Shown: in pieces, positions 37,507-37,694 of the stretch
Layout of the letters: each line of letters opens with the position of its first letter
How positions within the stretch are numbered: the first letter of the stretch is position 1
From: Bdellovibrionota bacterium FG-2
Lineage (GTDB): Bacteria > Bdellovibrionota > UBA1018
DNA length: 37,694 nt
Direction of reading: 5' to 3'
NCBI GenBank assembly: GCA_051382305.1
Contig: JBBCAV010000045.1
Span: forward strand, 1-37,694
Notes under the pieces: model-generated
What the model was told of the DNA's origin: nothing
Database searches by the model: none
Seen by the model: the letters and a program-made list of their open reading frames with translations, nothing else
Translations under genes and position numbers: made by a program

Positions 37507-37694
37507 ATGGATAAAAAAAGAGCCTCTCTCAAACTTAAGCGGACCCCATTCTCCTTCACTTTAGGGATGAGATTTTTTTGTGTCTGTCTTGTTTTCATTT
37601 CTGCTGGATTGGGCTGCGGGAGCAAAGAAGAAACCTCTCCAACGACCTTGATCAGCACACAAACCGCCCCCCCAGATCCCGCGAAGGATGAAAA
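37507..37694 (+). CDS. Partial lipoprotein (5' end; runs off the window)
   Basis: RBS AGGGAG at 37491; ATG 37507 (alternative 37567); MRFFCVCLVFISAGLGC lipobox; open to the window end. Confidence 0.7.
   Translation, partial: MDKKRASLKLKRTPFSFTLGMRFFCVCLVFISAGLGCGSKEETSPTTLISTQTAPPDPAKDE

Overview
This is a bacterial chromosomal window whose gene content suggests Bdellovibrionota/Oligoflexia (inference from DUF4360, RCC1 repeats, many lipoproteins, CheX, FliL and sigma54-type promoters). Bases 1-~2000 are the end of an integrated element (primase-like remnant, excisionase, tyrosine integrase) inserted at tRNA-Leu(CAA). Bases ~2100-19400 are mostly housekeeping: S66 LD-carboxypeptidase, engB, an FHA-like sigma54 activator, fliL, accA-gmk-rel, a subtilase and tgt-yajC-secD-secF-recJ. 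Bases ~19400-37694 are accessory and envelope-rich. They hold an OMP, a lipoprotein with a G10 tract, a hairpin-flanked Y1 HUH transposase next to a truncated RCC1 gene, and an operon of a Cys-less thiolase, a DUF35 protein with a histone-like tail and a SMUG1-type glycosylase. They also hold two tandem LBP/BPI-like exported paralogues upstream of cardiolipin synthase, a lipoprotein built from two tandem uracil-DNA-glycosylase-like domains, cheX, a chalcone-isomerase-like protein and a coiled-coil lipoprotein. The best novelty candidates are the exported double-UDG lipoprotein, the BPI-like pair with cls, and the thiolase/DUF35/SMUG1 operon. No CRISPR array or rRNA was seen. All family calls come from recognising motifs by eye, not from database searches.
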